Shown here: piece by piece, positions 6,536-16,328 of the stretch
Layout of the letters: each line of letters starts with the position of its first letter
Numbering within the stretch: the first letter of the stretch is position 1
Source of the DNA: a virus
Strand: one strand, 5' to 3'
IMG/VR virus record: IMGVR_UViG_3300021387_000151
Span: 1 to 42,851 of that record
DNA length: 42,851 bases
Program-made: the position numbers and the translations under genes
Notes under the pieces: model-generated
Seen by the model: the letters and a program-made list of their open reading frames with translations, nothing else
Told to the model about the DNA's origin: nothing
Database searches by the model: none

Positions 6536-8862
6536 CGCAGCGGTTCCTCCCATACGCACTCGGTCATGCTCGCGCCCATGTTCCAAAGCATGTAGTTCTC
6601 AGCGGCATAGCTGAAGTTCCACGCTGATACGTACACTCGCGCGATGCGCCCGAACGCGCTGCGGAACCAGCAGACGGCGTTCTCAGGCTTGTCGGTGATG
6701 CGTTCGGCGCGATCGTAGAGCTCGCGCGAATGGAGCTTGTAGCTATGTGTGCCGTCGATATCCATATCGTCATTCGAGTAGAACGTGGGCAGCGGGGACG
6801 CTCCCTTGCCCAGCGCGAAGTGGAACGTGTTACCGGATACCTTCTTGCTTCTGCTCGCCTGAGCATCGAAGCCAACGCGCAGGCACGTTTCGGCTGCATC
6901 GCCGAAGTTGAACGCTTCGTCGCCGCTGGACGGGCAAAGTGCCTTTACGCTGAACGTGATATAGGTGCCAGACTCGGCGTGCGCCGTCATAACGTACTCG
7001 TATTCTGTGTTGAGCGGCGGCAGGCGGTCGATTACGAACGTGCCCAAGTCGTTACCAGTTCCAAGCACCGTGAGCGTGCCGTCAGAGTCTTTGCGCGCGA
7101 TATCGTAGGTCTTGGTGGGAGCGGTGCTCGTCAGCTTGATAGCGCCGTCCTCGATGGTCAGGTTTCCCGAAAGCAGCAGTCCATCGTCGGATTGCGTGAT
7201 TGGGCCAGTAAGCGCGGCATCCTGCACGGCGTAGTCCGTCTTGGGCTGATACACATGGATGATTGCGCATAAATCGTCCGTATACTCCACCTGCACAGTC
7301 GGGGCGGCGGGAGACAGCCAGTTTGTCGTGAACGTTCGCGTGAACTCGGTCGTGAGGCCAGCGCCGTTTCGTACGTAGCCTTTCAGCGTGTACGAGCTGT
7401 TGTTGACCAGCATGGAGTAGCCGCTGAGGTTCCACGAGCTGGTTGAGGTTGACGGCTCGATACTTGCGATAACGCCGCCCGAGGAATCGCGCAACTCGAT
7501 TTTCTGGTAGGAGATACCGGTGGAATCAGCCGCTTTCCATTCCACCGTGTACGGGAGAATGCCGACTTCAGTACCGTTAGTTGACGGGGACGAGAACCAC
7601 GCGCTAGCTTCGTATGCGATACGGACGGTTTTCCACTCGCTCCATGCGCCCCAGTTCGCATCGAGTCCCTTTGTGCGTACGCGGACAGATAACGTGCCAA
7701 CGCCATGTTTGATGGAGTAAGAGTTGGTCGAATCGGCGATATCCACCACTGGCAAAGCGCCAACGGAAGACCTGAGTTCGATTTGTGCCGCGCTTTGAGG
7801 TGAGCCGTCCGGGTGGTTCGGTGTCCACGTGAACGCGATGTTAGCGCCCCCGTTCATGTTGGCGGCATAGACGGTCTTTAGCCCGTTGATGGTCGGCGCG
7901 TTCGGGGGGCAGATGGTGGTGATGGAGTTAGATTCAGTCCATGGCGAATAGATCGTATCGCCGGCGCCGTTCCACGGGTTGTTTTTGTACGCGCGGACGC
8001 GGTAGCGGATGGTGCCAGCGGGTGCATCGGAATCAAGCCACGTATCATCGACCGTAGCGTTCTCCCACGTCTTGCCGTTGTCTTTCGTTACTTGGAACTC
8101 GTATCCGTCTTTCCAGCGCGGAGCGTCGTAGCCTTTGAGCTGTGCCTTGTTGTCGGCGGTCTTGGTGAGTTCCAGCCTGCCAAGCGCGTTCGGGCTTGTG
8201 AACACCGTGACCACGTTCGATATATCCGAAAGGTAATTATTATCGTCGCCATTCTGTACGCGGCAGTCATAGGTGTACTTGTGGCCTGCGGTCGTGGTCA
8301 GGTCGGTATAGTTCGAAATAACCTTATCGTGGTAAAGCTGTTCCGTATCTCCATCGTCTGTATGACGGTAGAAGTTGATTTTGTTGTAATCGTGCCAGCC
8401 GCTCTTGTCTGGCAGCTCCACAGATAGCTCTTGCTTGGTATCGGTGGAGCTTACAAGAGTGAGGTTTGTCGGCGATCTAGGAACGTAGCGCGGGTGAGCC
8501 GGGATTGTGTAAGTACCAGTCACCCATGATGTACCCGGGGCAAAGCCGCCTGTGGTTTGAATCCAGCCACCGCAAGAATACGTCCATGCATTTTCACCGC
8601 GTGCGAACTCCACGTCAGCAGACGTGACGGCGGTTGTAACCCAACCGCTGTTGGTGCCGGAATAAAGCGATCCAGACCAGTTCTTATTGTCTTGGTCTAG
8701 ATGCCCCTTTGCATATACGTTAATGGCATACCGCGTGGAATATCCAAGCTCGACATGGAGCGAGATTTTATCGTCGGTAATCCAATTCTGCCAGATGCTT
8801 ATATAGGCGTGCCAGTTGTAATAGCCATTTCCGTAGCCGGAAACCGCATTTCCATCAGCCAT
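6532..8862 (-). CDS. Distal-tail-position protein with several fibronectin type III-like repeats
   Basis: 776 aa, immediately after the tape measure. It has repeated FN3-like segments (PRSPTNLTL...YTYDCRV, PNAPTINGL...) and a C-terminal siphovirus tail-component-like region. Confidence 0.5.
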   Translation of the reverse strand: MADGNAVSGYGNGYYNWHAYISIWQNWITDDKISLHVELGYSTRYAINVYAKGHLDQDNKNWSGSLYSGTNSGWVTTAVTSADVEFARGENAWTYSCGGWIQTTGGFAPGTSWVTGTYTIPAHPRYVPRSPTNLTLVSSTDTKQELSVELPDKSGWHDYNKINFYRHTDDGDTEQLYHDKVISNYTDLTTTAGHKYTYDCRVQNGDDNNYLSDISNVVTVFTSPNALGRLELTKTADNKAQLKGYDAPRWKDGYEFQVTKDNGKTWENATVDDTWLDSDAPAGTIRYRVRAYKNNPWNGAGDTIYSPWTESNSITTICPPNAPTINGLKTVYAANMNGGANIAFTWTPNHPDGSPQSAAQIELRSSVGALPVVDIADSTNSYSIKHGVGTLSVRVRTKGLDANWGAWSEWKTVRIAYEASAWFSSPSTNGTEVGILPYTVEWKAADSTGISYQKIELRDSSGGVIASIEPSTSTSSWNLSGYSMLVNNSSYTLKGYVRNGAGLTTEFTRTFTTNWLSPAAPTVQVEYTDDLCAIIHVYQPKTDYAVQDAALTGPITQSDDGLLLSGNLTIEDGAIKLTSTAPTKTYDIARKDSDGTLTVLGTGNDLGTFVIDRLPPLNTEYEYVMTAHAESGTYITFSVKALCPSSGDEAFNFGDAAETCLRVGFDAQASRSKKVSGNTFHFALGKGASPLPTFYSNDDMDIDGTHSYKLHSRELYDRAERITDKPENAVCWFRSAFGRIARVYVSAWNFSYAAENYMLWNMGASMTECVWEEPLR

Positions 8863-8864
8863 AC

Positions 8865-8892
8865 CTACCTCCTTGTTTCGTCAAGAAGGTAG
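8865..8892 (-). promoter_or_regulatory. Hairpin sequestering the Shine-Dalgarno of the distal tail gene
   Basis: Minus-sense CUACCUUCUUG-ACGAAA-CAAGGAGGUAG forms 11 pairs (one G-U). The 3' arm contains AAGGAGG, 2 nt before ATG 8862. Confidence 0.45.
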
Positions 8893-8914
8893 ATACGGCA
8901 TCAATCCCCCGCTA

Positions 8915-11900
8915 CTAGACCAGCTCGCTCACGAGGGCTTCGATAAGCTCCTTGGCGCGGTCGTTGCCGCGAATGGTGGAGCCGTCGATATTCAGGGTGT
9001 AGTTGTTGACCACCTGCGCGGACACGCCGCCGCCCACCTGCTTCATCTGCTCGGCGATAGTGCGAGCGAACGGGCGCGAGTACTTGCGGTTGGTCAACGG
9101 GACGATAGCTTCTGCTCCAGCTTCGCCGACTATATCCAGCGGCACGCCAGCCCCAGGACGGTTCGCAATAGCGCCGTTGGCGTGGTATCGCATCATCACG
9201 CCGCCTGCCGCGTGGGGTCGAATACCGCCTGCGGCGTTGTTGTACTTCGAAATAATCTGATTCACAAACGTGGTGACGCTTCTGGGGATGCTGCTTAGCG
9301 CGCTTGTGAAGGTGTTGATAGCACTTGTATCAGCTGACGCGGAAATATGGGTGTTGTGGCTTTTCGGAATCCTATTGACCGATTGCGTAAATCTGTCCGA
9401 TTCGCGCGTGCCGCTACCGTCAACGACGTTACCGTTAGCCATGTGGTTAGTTGTTTTGCCACTACGCTTGTTTTCCGTGTCTTGGTATTTCTTAGATTGC
9501 TTCTCGGCAGAACCATCGGAAACATTGCCGGTCGAAGTGGCGGTGGTGCTCTTCGGAATAAGGGTGGAGCCGTTCCACGTCCACACGTTGCCCTGTGCGT
9601 CAGTCAGTGACGTATCATCGGCAATTGCATTGCCCTTTAGATCAACAAGCGTGGAGCCATTCCATACGGCAACATTGCCCTGAGCGTCCTTCAGCTGTAG
9701 GTCATTGATGCTGATATTTGCATCCTTGTTAACAATTGGCGCATTGTTGTACCCGTTGATAAGACCAATAAGAGTATCAATATCTCCACCGCAAGAATTG
9801 ACCATCGCCTTAAAGCTGTTCTTGCTGATGTTGCTCATTTGCTCCGAGGTAATACCGGCCTGCTGCATCTTAACAGCAAGGTCAGCGATATTGATGCCAG
9901 CGGAATCAAGCGAATTTCTCACACCATTGCCCATTGTGGAAATGGAGGATGCGATCTTACCAGCCATGTCAGCGGACGATTCGTCAAGACCAGCCGCGAG
10001 CGCCGCCGCGCGGGTGCTAAAGTAATCTGCCTTTTCCGCTGCGGACGTAAAGTCGCCGCTAATCTCATCAAGCTCGCACTGAGCATCTTCGAGAGCTTGA
10101 CCCGTCTTTGTGACTTCGCCTTTGAGCTGACCCCACTTCTTGGTGTACTCATTGGTGGTCTTGCTCGTCATGGCCTTGTCGATTTGCTCTTTATGCTTCT
10201 TGTAGTACTCGGTGGACTCGCTGATGGCGGCAGTATTTGCTTTCTGGGCTTCGGTCACTTTCGCCTGAGCGATTTCCAGCTTGCCCTCGGCTTCGATTTC
10301 CTGTTGGAGATACTTAGACGCTGCATTGGAAAGCGCCTTCATCTCGGCGTTGCGCTTCCATGCGGCTGCGTTCTTATCGATCTCATCGGTGCTCTTGGAC
10401 AGCTCGCCAGTGACGGCATTGGTGATGCTTACGGAATCGCCAGTGATTTCGTTATAGCCCTTTACCGCTTCGCCGAGACGGTACTGCTCGGTGGCGCTAA
10501 GGCTCGATTTCTTAGAAAGGTCATCAATCACGCCAACGTAATTATCAAGCGTGGCGCTATCGGTGCTTACCTTGGTGAACGTCTCGCCGATGGACTCGTT
10601 GAGGTCAATTAGTTTTTGCGTTGTCTCCTCAGCGTTTACAGACACATCGCCGATAGAATCGCCCAGACCGTCTGCACTTCGGGCGGCATTGTCCATGATG
10701 GAGCTGCCCGTTTGCATTGCCTTGCTCATTTTTTCCGCGTGCTCTTTGGCTTTTTGAGCCTGAGCGATAAAGTCACCGACAACGGCACCGATTGCGGTAA
10801 CTGCCGCCGCAAACGCGAGCTGTGGGCCAATAGAGGTCGCAAGACCGATGGCAAAGTTCTTAAAGCCAGTTGCGGCGTTTTTCACGCCGCTTCCGAGCGT
10901 CTTCAAGGCGCCGCCGCTTTGCTTTGCCGCGTCTGCCTGCTTCTTTAGCGCGTTGGCGGAATCGAGAACGCTAGTATTGGTCTTGTTGTTCGCGTCTGCA
11001 ATTTCCTTGGCAACCTTGGCGGTCTCCTTGGTGCTGCCGCTCCACTCGTCCACCATCTTGCCGTAGGTATCCCGGGCCTTGGTCGTAACGTCGATTTCGT
11101 CCTTGATTGACTTGACGCTATCGGCTGATGCCTTGGCTGCTCTATTCGCTGCGTCGGCTTTCGCTTTCAGCGTGGAAGCGTACTCGGTTGCCGCGGCCTT
11201 GCCCTCTTCATCTGCCGATGCCGCGAGCTTGGCTGCTTCTTTATATTTGTCAACGGCGGTCTTTGCCTTATCAGCAGCCGCTGTGCTTTTTGCTACAGCT
11301 GTGGCGTACTTGCCCTCTAGATCGACTACTTTCTGCGAAGTCTGGTAGTAGCCCTGCCATGCGGCAACATAGTTGTCGGCTCCACCAGCGGCCTTTGCGG
11401 CGGCGTTGCCAGCGATACCCATCTTATCGGCAAGCAAATTGGCAGACGCATATGCGCGCATTTGAGCGCCATCGGTGGTAACGAGCGCGTCTTTCCAAAC
11501 GCCAAAGTCCTGAGCGCCCTTGCCGATTGCCGTTATTGCGCTACCGACACCCTTCTCAATCTTACCAAACACGGTAAGCACGGGGCCAGCCGCCGCCGCG
11601 ATACCGACCATAGCCAGAACGAACTGCTGCTGTCCCGTATCCATCTTGGAGAAAGCGTCGGCAAGGTCGCCCACGCCCTGAATGAGCGGATCGCACGCTT
11701 CGAGCGCGGAAATAACGGCGTTGACTAGCGGCCTGCCGATGGAGATAGCAATGGAGTCAACCTTGTTCTTCAATACCTGTAGACGCGATGCCAAGCTCTC
11801 GTTTCGCTGGTCAACCTCGTTTTGGAGCGCTGTGTTCTCGCTCCACGCGGTGTTGGCACGGTCTACCGAATTGCGCAGCAAATCGCCAGCGTTGGCAAGT

Positions 11901-12898
11901 CGGCGCATGGTATCGGAGTTACGAACATTATTGATGCCGAGCTTTTCCAGCGTGACGTTCATATCCTCGCCGGAATCGCTCGTGCGCTTCAAGCCCTCCA
12001 CCAATGCTTCCATGGCTTCCATGGGGCGGTTTCTCCACGCATCGGCGAACTGGTCGGCGCTCATGCCAGCGACACGGGCGTATTCCTCCACCACGTCTGA
12101 ACCATTGGCCACGTTCTTAGAAATATCCTGAATGATACGGGTCATGGCTGAGCCGCCCGCTTCGGCCTTGATGCCGAGCGAGGACATAGCGCCAGACATG
12201 CCCAAGATATCGGCCTGCGAGAACTTGGCGGCGGTGCCAGCGCCAGCCAGACGCAGCGCCATAGCGGAGATATCGGCTTCGGTCGTAGCCAGGTGGTTGC
12301 CCAAATCAACGATAGTGGAGCCGTAGTTCTTGAACTGGTCTTGGCTCATTTGCGTGATGTTGGCGAACTGAGCCATTTCCTTGCCAGCGGTCTCGAAGTT
12401 CATGTTCGTTGCGATATCAAGGCCGCTCGTAACCTCGGCGAACGATTCGAGTTTGTCATGGGCAACGCCCAACTGTGCGCCTAGAGCTTCGATATTCAGC
12501 AGCGTTTCAGCCGTGACGGGCTGCTTGGTGGATAGGTTCTGTGCGGATCGCGCCAGCTTCTCGATTTCCTCGTTCGACATGTTCGTCGTCTTGCGAACGT
12601 TCGCCATGGCTGTATCGAACTGGACGGCGGTCTTTCCAGCGTATGCGCCGATAGCGACCAAAGGCACGGTGACGCTTTGCGTGAGCATCTTTCCGACCTT
12701 CTCGGTCTTGACGCCAGCGTTGTAAATCTTGCCGCCGAGTTCTGCCCACGCCCCGCCCTGCTTCACCAAATCGGCAGTGGTGGACTTAGAGCTAGCCGCA
12801 GACAGCGTGGTTAGCCGCCGTAGAGCCTTTTCCGCATTGTCTAGTTGCTTGCCGTTCCACTTGGCGTTTACGGCGATAGTGATTGACGCTTTGCCCAT
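8915..12898 (-). CDS. Tail tape measure protein
   Basis: 1327 aa. It has a TP901-type core (MALRLAGAGTAAKFSQADILGMSGAMSSLGIKAEAGGSAMTRII), long Ala/Lys coiled coils, and an internal DAQGNV..WNGSTL duplication. It sits after the chaperone genes. Confidence 0.9.
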   Translation of the reverse strand: MGKASITIAVNAKWNGKQLDNAEKALRRLTTLSAASSKSTTADLVKQGGAWAELGGKIYNAGVKTEKVGKMLTQSVTVPLVAIGAYAGKTAVQFDTAMANVRKTTNMSNEEIEKLARSAQNLSTKQPVTAETLLNIEALGAQLGVAHDKLESFAEVTSGLDIATNMNFETAGKEMAQFANITQMSQDQFKNYGSTIVDLGNHLATTEADISAMALRLAGAGTAAKFSQADILGMSGAMSSLGIKAEAGGSAMTRIIQDISKNVANGSDVVEEYARVAGMSADQFADAWRNRPMEAMEALVEGLKRTSDSGEDMNVTLEKLGINNVRNSDTMRRLANAGDLLRNSVDRANTAWSENTALQNEVDQRNESLASRLQVLKNKVDSIAISIGRPLVNAVISALEACDPLIQGVGDLADAFSKMDTGQQQFVLAMVGIAAAAGPVLTVFGKIEKGVGSAITAIGKGAQDFGVWKDALVTTDGAQMRAYASANLLADKMGIAGNAAAKAAGGADNYVAAWQGYYQTSQKVVDLEGKYATAVAKSTAAADKAKTAVDKYKEAAKLAASADEEGKAAATEYASTLKAKADAANRAAKASADSVKSIKDEIDVTTKARDTYGKMVDEWSGSTKETAKVAKEIADANNKTNTSVLDSANALKKQADAAKQSGGALKTLGSGVKNAATGFKNFAIGLATSIGPQLAFAAAVTAIGAVVGDFIAQAQKAKEHAEKMSKAMQTGSSIMDNAARSADGLGDSIGDVSVNAEETTQKLIDLNESIGETFTKVSTDSATLDNYVGVIDDLSKKSSLSATEQYRLGEAVKGYNEITGDSVSITNAVTGELSKSTDEIDKNAAAWKRNAEMKALSNAASKYLQQEIEAEGKLEIAQAKVTEAQKANTAAISESTEYYKKHKEQIDKAMTSKTTNEYTKKWGQLKGEVTKTGQALEDAQCELDEISGDFTSAAEKADYFSTRAAALAAGLDESSADMAGKIASSISTMGNGVRNSLDSAGINIADLAVKMQQAGITSEQMSNISKNSFKAMVNSCGGDIDTLIGLINGYNNAPIVNKDANISINDLQLKDAQGNVAVWNGSTLVDLKGNAIADDTSLTDAQGNVWTWNGSTLIPKSTTATSTGNVSDGSAEKQSKKYQDTENKRSGKTTNHMANGNVVDGSGTRESDRFTQSVNRIPKSHNTHISASADTSAINTFTSALSSIPRSVTTFVNQIISKYNNAAGGIRPHAAGGVMMRYHANGAIANRPGAGVPLDIVGEAGAEAIVPLTNRKYSRPFARTIAEQMKQVGGGVSAQVVNNYTLNIDGSTIRGNDRAKELIEALVSELV

Positions 12899-13323
12899 TA
12901 TTCGGCTCCCACCAAATCAGCGACCTGCGCCACCTCGTCATTAACCTGTTCGATGATGTTTTCCTCGTCTTCGAGGATTGCCTTGAGCAACGCACGCGGC
13001 GTATCGCCCGTATGAGGAACGCCAGCACGCCTGCCAGCGCGCTTTCCCGTGAGGATGACCGCGCCGGGATTTGCGAACTCGATAACGCCGCCGCCCGGGT
13101 CGCTGGAGATGAACACAACGCCGTTCTGACGCTGCCTGAGCGATAGCGAGTTGGCGAAAGCGCCCGTGGGGTTGGAGCCCACGTGCGCGTACCCCTTCGC
13201 CTTGCTGAGCGTCGGCTTGGTTATCTCGACGATGCGCCGCTTTAGGCGTTTCGCCATTTTCTTGTCCACTAGGTTGAGCGCGGCAATTGTCTCGTCTAGG
13301 TTTTGAATCTCGATGGTGTACAA
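12898..13323 (-). CDS. HK97 gp10-like (tail-completion type) protein, tentative
   Basis: 141 aa. TTG start with AGGGAG 6 nt upstream, and TAATG overlap with the tape measure. The N-terminal pattern (I..LDETIAAL...KRLKR.I.EI...L..AK..A....TG.....L) resembles the gp10 family. Confidence 0.4.
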   Translation of the reverse strand: MYTIEIQNLDETIAALNLVDKKMAKRLKRRIVEITKPTLSKAKGYAHVGSNPTGAFANSLSLRQRQNGVVFISSDPGGGVIEFANPGAVILTGKRAGRRAGVPHTGDTPRALLKAILEDEENIIEQVNDEVAQVADLVGAE

Positions 13324-13326
13324 GGG

Positions 13327-13590
13327 TCACTCCCTGTATTGCTCCATCTCCCTTTTCGCCTTCTCGCGCTGCGCCCTAAGACGATCTCGCGCGTCCCCTA
13401 TCGACTCCCCCGGCTTTCTCCACGGCTTGCCGTTCTTCGCTTCTTCGAGCGCCTGCACCAGCTCCATGTCAAATAGCATCTGGTCAAAGACGTTTGGGAA
13501 GTCGTACGCCAGGTCGATAAGCTCGCGCACGCCAGACCCGGAGAAGCGCCCTAGCGCAATTAGGACTCGTCCGAGGGTGCCGTAGGGTTT
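13327..13590 (-). CDS. -1 frame extension of the tail assembly chaperone (gpT-like part of a G-T fusion)
   Basis: This frame is open from upstream of the slippery site through 13327 and is -1 relative to 13560..13904. The track ORF 13327..13530 starts only at a GTG and has no SD. Confidence 0.6.
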   Translation of the reverse strand, partial: KPYGTLGRVLIALGRFSGSGVRELIDLAYDFPNVFDQMLFDMELVQALEEAKNGKPWRKPGESIGDARDRLRAQREKAKREMEQYRE

Positions 13591-13904
13591 TCGGTGCCGT
13601 CCTCGGTTGCGCCGTCCTCGTCCATCTCGACGTCGTAATAGACGGTCACCTCGTCCATGAGGTCGAGAACGAGCTCCTGCGTAATCTGGCGCGGGGCGGG
13701 AAGTTCCACCACGGGGTGCCCAGCCGCCTTTGCGCTCAGAAAGCCCCAGAGGGCAATCCAGATGTTCGTCTGCATGTTGCCAACCGGGTCAGCGCCTTTG
13801 AACAGGTAGAGCTTGGCTCGGTTCAATGCGCCCTGGCGGGTCTTGCACCTATAGATTTCCTCGCCAGTCTCGGGGTTCTCAAATCGGAAGATTTCGTTTG
13901 CCAT
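13560..13904 (-). CDS. Tail assembly chaperone (gpG-like)
   Basis: Start set at MANEIF (AAAGGAGAA plus 5 nt). 114 aa with an acidic C-terminus. It lies between the tail tube gene and the tape measure. Confidence 0.65.
   Translation of the reverse strand: MANEIFRFENPETGEEIYRCKTRQGALNRAKLYLFKGADPVGNMQTNIWIALWGFLSAKAAGHPVVELPAPRQITQELVLDLMDEVTVYYDVEMDEDGATEDGTENPTAPSDES
13584..13590 (-). promoter_or_regulatory. Candidate -1 programmed frameshift heptamer A_AAC_CCT
   Basis: XXXYYYZ pattern in the correct zero-frame phase (GAA AAC CCT) 24 nt before the chaperone stop. The -1 frame stays open for about 86 codons. Confidence 0.55.
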
Positions 13905-13971
13905 TGCGGTTCTCCTTTCAAAACGGCTTGGCGTGGATAATCGCGCCGCGTTCCCCCGCTGAATCGGCATG

Positions 13972-13997
13972 AAAAAGGCGCGACCGTAGCCGCGCCC
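13972..13997 (-). terminator. Intrinsic terminator/attenuator after the major tail gene
   Basis: Minus-sense GGCGCG-GCTACGGT-CGCGCC followed by TTTTTC, 27 nt after the stop at 14024. Confidence 0.55.
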
Positions 13998-14023
13998 GTT
14001 TGGTTATCTGTGACCGCCGTTCG

Positions 14024-15040
14024 TTAATTGTAAGAAGCAACCTTGTTGGTGAGCGTGATGGTCATGGGGGACTCGTCCGCGCCGGATACAACGGCGTTAT
14101 CAGTGCTGAACTGAATGGATGCCTCGTTGCCGGATGGGTCAAGTTCAGGGAAATCTGCCGTGAAGGGCAGGTGGTTAGCGGAGAACTCAAGCGTCTGCTT
14201 GGGGTCATCAGTGTGGAAGAACTTGGCATACACGCTGCCGAACACGACCTTGCCTGAAATGTCGGTGGAGTCTTCAGAGCCGGTAATGAGCTTCTGGTAC
14301 TCCTTCAGGTCATTGGGGATGGTGGTGACGTTCACGCCGAACTGGCACTTGCCCTCGGCAATCTCGCGGGAGGTGGCGCGACCAAGGGAGCGCAGACCGG
14401 AAACGTTGTTCTTAATGGTGAACGTGGCTTCAGAGACGAGCGCTGCGGCAGGGACTGAACCAGAAGCGTCAATCTTGAAATCGCAGTCGGTAGTGGTGTA
14501 CTTGCCGCCAAAGCAGGATGCCTGAACACTGCCGGGGATGGATGCAAGACCTACCTTGCCGTCGATGCCTTGCCAAGAAGCGGACATGGCAAGGTGCTCG
14601 TTACCAGTGGCGGTAAAGGTCAGCTCGTCGCACTTGCAGCCGTCGGCGCGGGTGAAGCCGTCCATGCCAATCTGAGACCAGATGGTGAAGTAGTCGAGCA
14701 CGGAGCCCATCGTGAACACGTGGGTGTAGTAGCCGGATGGTGATTCACCACTGCCAGCAACGGGGGTAGTCTTGACATTGCCGCACGCGGCAAGCAGGTA
14801 CATACCGAGAACGTCGGGGTAGCACAGGGACTCAATCTTGGGCGTAACCTCGATGGAGTCAACGCGAGCATCGGACGGGGCGCGGGAACCGCACGTAACG
14901 TCAGTGGTGGCGATGGAACGGGACACGCCGAACGGGGAGCCGCCCGTAAGACCGTGCATAAAGGTTGGAGCGGTTGCGGGGGTGTCGCGGTCTTCCTGCT
15001 TTGCGATAGCGGCAAGGCCAATAGAGGGGTTGAGTGACAT
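14024..15040 (-). CDS. Major tail (tube) protein
   Basis: 338 aa with a strong SD (AGGAGAG). It is placed directly upstream of the chaperone pair. The sequence is beta-rich with few charged runs. Confidence 0.55.
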   Translation of the reverse strand: MSLNPSIGLAAIAKQEDRDTPATAPTFMHGLTGGSPFGVSRSIATTDVTCGSRAPSDARVDSIEVTPKIESLCYPDVLGMYLLAACGNVKTTPVAGSGESPSGYYTHVFTMGSVLDYFTIWSQIGMDGFTRADGCKCDELTFTATGNEHLAMSASWQGIDGKVGLASIPGSVQASCFGGKYTTTDCDFKIDASGSVPAAALVSEATFTIKNNVSGLRSLGRATSREIAEGKCQFGVNVTTIPNDLKEYQKLITGSEDSTDISGKVVFGSVYAKFFHTDDPKQTLEFSANHLPFTADFPELDPSGNEASIQFSTDNAVVSGADESPMTITLTNKVASYN

Positions 15041-15050
15041 AGTTGCTCTC

Positions 15051-15512
15051 CTAGTCGATTACGGGGTCGATAGCCGCCTTGATGCGGACACCGCCCTCGA
15101 TGGATGCCATGTACGAATTGCCCGATGGAGCGGTGCCAACGGACGAAATAAATGGCTGGGCGTGGTCGCATAGGCCGCCCAGCGTCTTGTCTGATGCGAT
15201 GGAGGACATGATTCGCGCCATCCATTCCTGTGCTGTGGCGGTGGATTTCACGAGGGATGCGGTCTTAGCCCACAGCTCCACTCCCACAGAAAAAGTGATG
15301 GAGTAGCCGCCACGCGATGCACCAATGTAGGTGTTGGTTACAACGTCCTCGATTGAGTAGTCAGTTGCGATCTCGCGCACAAGAACCTCGAACGGCTGCT
15401 GTGTCTTGGCACCGCCGATGGAGATGTAGGGGTGCGGCTCCATATCGGATAGAGCCGCCTTAACGTCCTGCTCCACCCGCTCAATGCACTTTGAAAACAG
15501 ATTCGCGTCCAT
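15051..15512 (-). CDS. Head-tail joining / tail terminator-position protein
   Basis: 153 aa between the connector and tail tube genes. Stop and start are adjacent with the upstream gene. Confidence 0.4.
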   Translation of the reverse strand: MDANLFSKCIERVEQDVKAALSDMEPHPYISIGGAKTQQPFEVLVREIATDYSIEDVVTNTYIGASRGGYSITFSVGVELWAKTASLVKSTATAQEWMARIMSSIASDKTLGGLCDHAQPFISSVGTAPSGNSYMASIEGGVRIKAAIDPVID

Positions 15513-16316
15513 CTATCGCACCTTGTAGTCTTGAAGGCCGTAACGCTCGATTACGGCGTTAACCTCGGGGATTGAGGTAGCCGCTCCGTCAACACCGCCG
15601 ACAACGAACCGCATAAAGCCCAGGTCGGTATTTGCTGACGTGGCGTTATCTGGCATTGCGTGGTCTGTGAGATACCACGCCGCAAGCGAAACCACCGCGT
15701 TCTTGACCTCGGGCGGGGTTGGCTTCATCCCGCACTCCACTACCACCTCTGCGAACTTGTTAACGCCCAAATCGCGCACGTCCAAAAGCGACGGGTTGCA
15801 AACGCGCAGGTTCACGGGGTCACCGTCTTGGTCTTTCGCGGAAACGACCGAACGCATATCGGATGCCGTGAACTCGCCCAAGAAAACAAGCGAGGACGTG
15901 CGGCAGCTCGGGCGGTCGGTGACTCCACGCATGAGGACGGGCTGGAACACGCGGTGTGCTTCGCTCTCGATAACATGCTCGGCGCGGTCGATAGCATCCT
16001 GAATGGTTGCATCGTCCACGCCGTCAAGCAGGTTCTCGTCTGGGCGGTGGTTGAGTACGTCCTGAACGGTGCAGTAGCGCGTGGTAACGACCTCTACGGT
16101 CGCGCTGACCTTCACGCCGCTGTAGTCCCACACGACCTCGATAAGGTCTGGCGCGGTTCGGAGCGGAAGGGAGAACTTGCCGCCCTCCACCTCCACTTCT
16201 ACTGGCTCGGCACCAGATGCGTAGGAGACCGTCGCGCTAGTCGGTTCACCTTCGAGCGATACCGTCTCGCACTGCTCGATTGAAAGTCGCGTCCTGCTGT
16301 CTGGTGCCAATGCCAT
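15513..16316 (-). CDS. Head-tail connector (gp6-like adaptor) with N-terminal extension
   Basis: 267 aa directly after the capsid gene. The central segment DDATIQDAIDRAEHVIESEAHRVF fits the gp6-like connector pattern. Confidence 0.45.
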   Translation of the reverse strand: MALAPDSRTRLSIEQCETVSLEGEPTSATVSYASGAEPVEVEVEGGKFSLPLRTAPDLIEVVWDYSGVKVSATVEVVTTRYCTVQDVLNHRPDENLLDGVDDATIQDAIDRAEHVIESEAHRVFQPVLMRGVTDRPSCRTSSLVFLGEFTASDMRSVVSAKDQDGDPVNLRVCNPSLLDVRDLGVNKFAEVVVECGMKPTPPEVKNAVVSLAAWYLTDHAMPDNATSANTDLGFMRFVVGGVDGAATSIPEVNAVIERYGLQDYKVR

Positions 16317-16328
16317 TTAGAGCGCCCC

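Noticed and set aside
2647-8862. Diversity-generating retroelement acting on the fibre/RBP genes
   Set aside because: There is no reverse transcriptase and no template/variable repeat pair visible near the tail genes.
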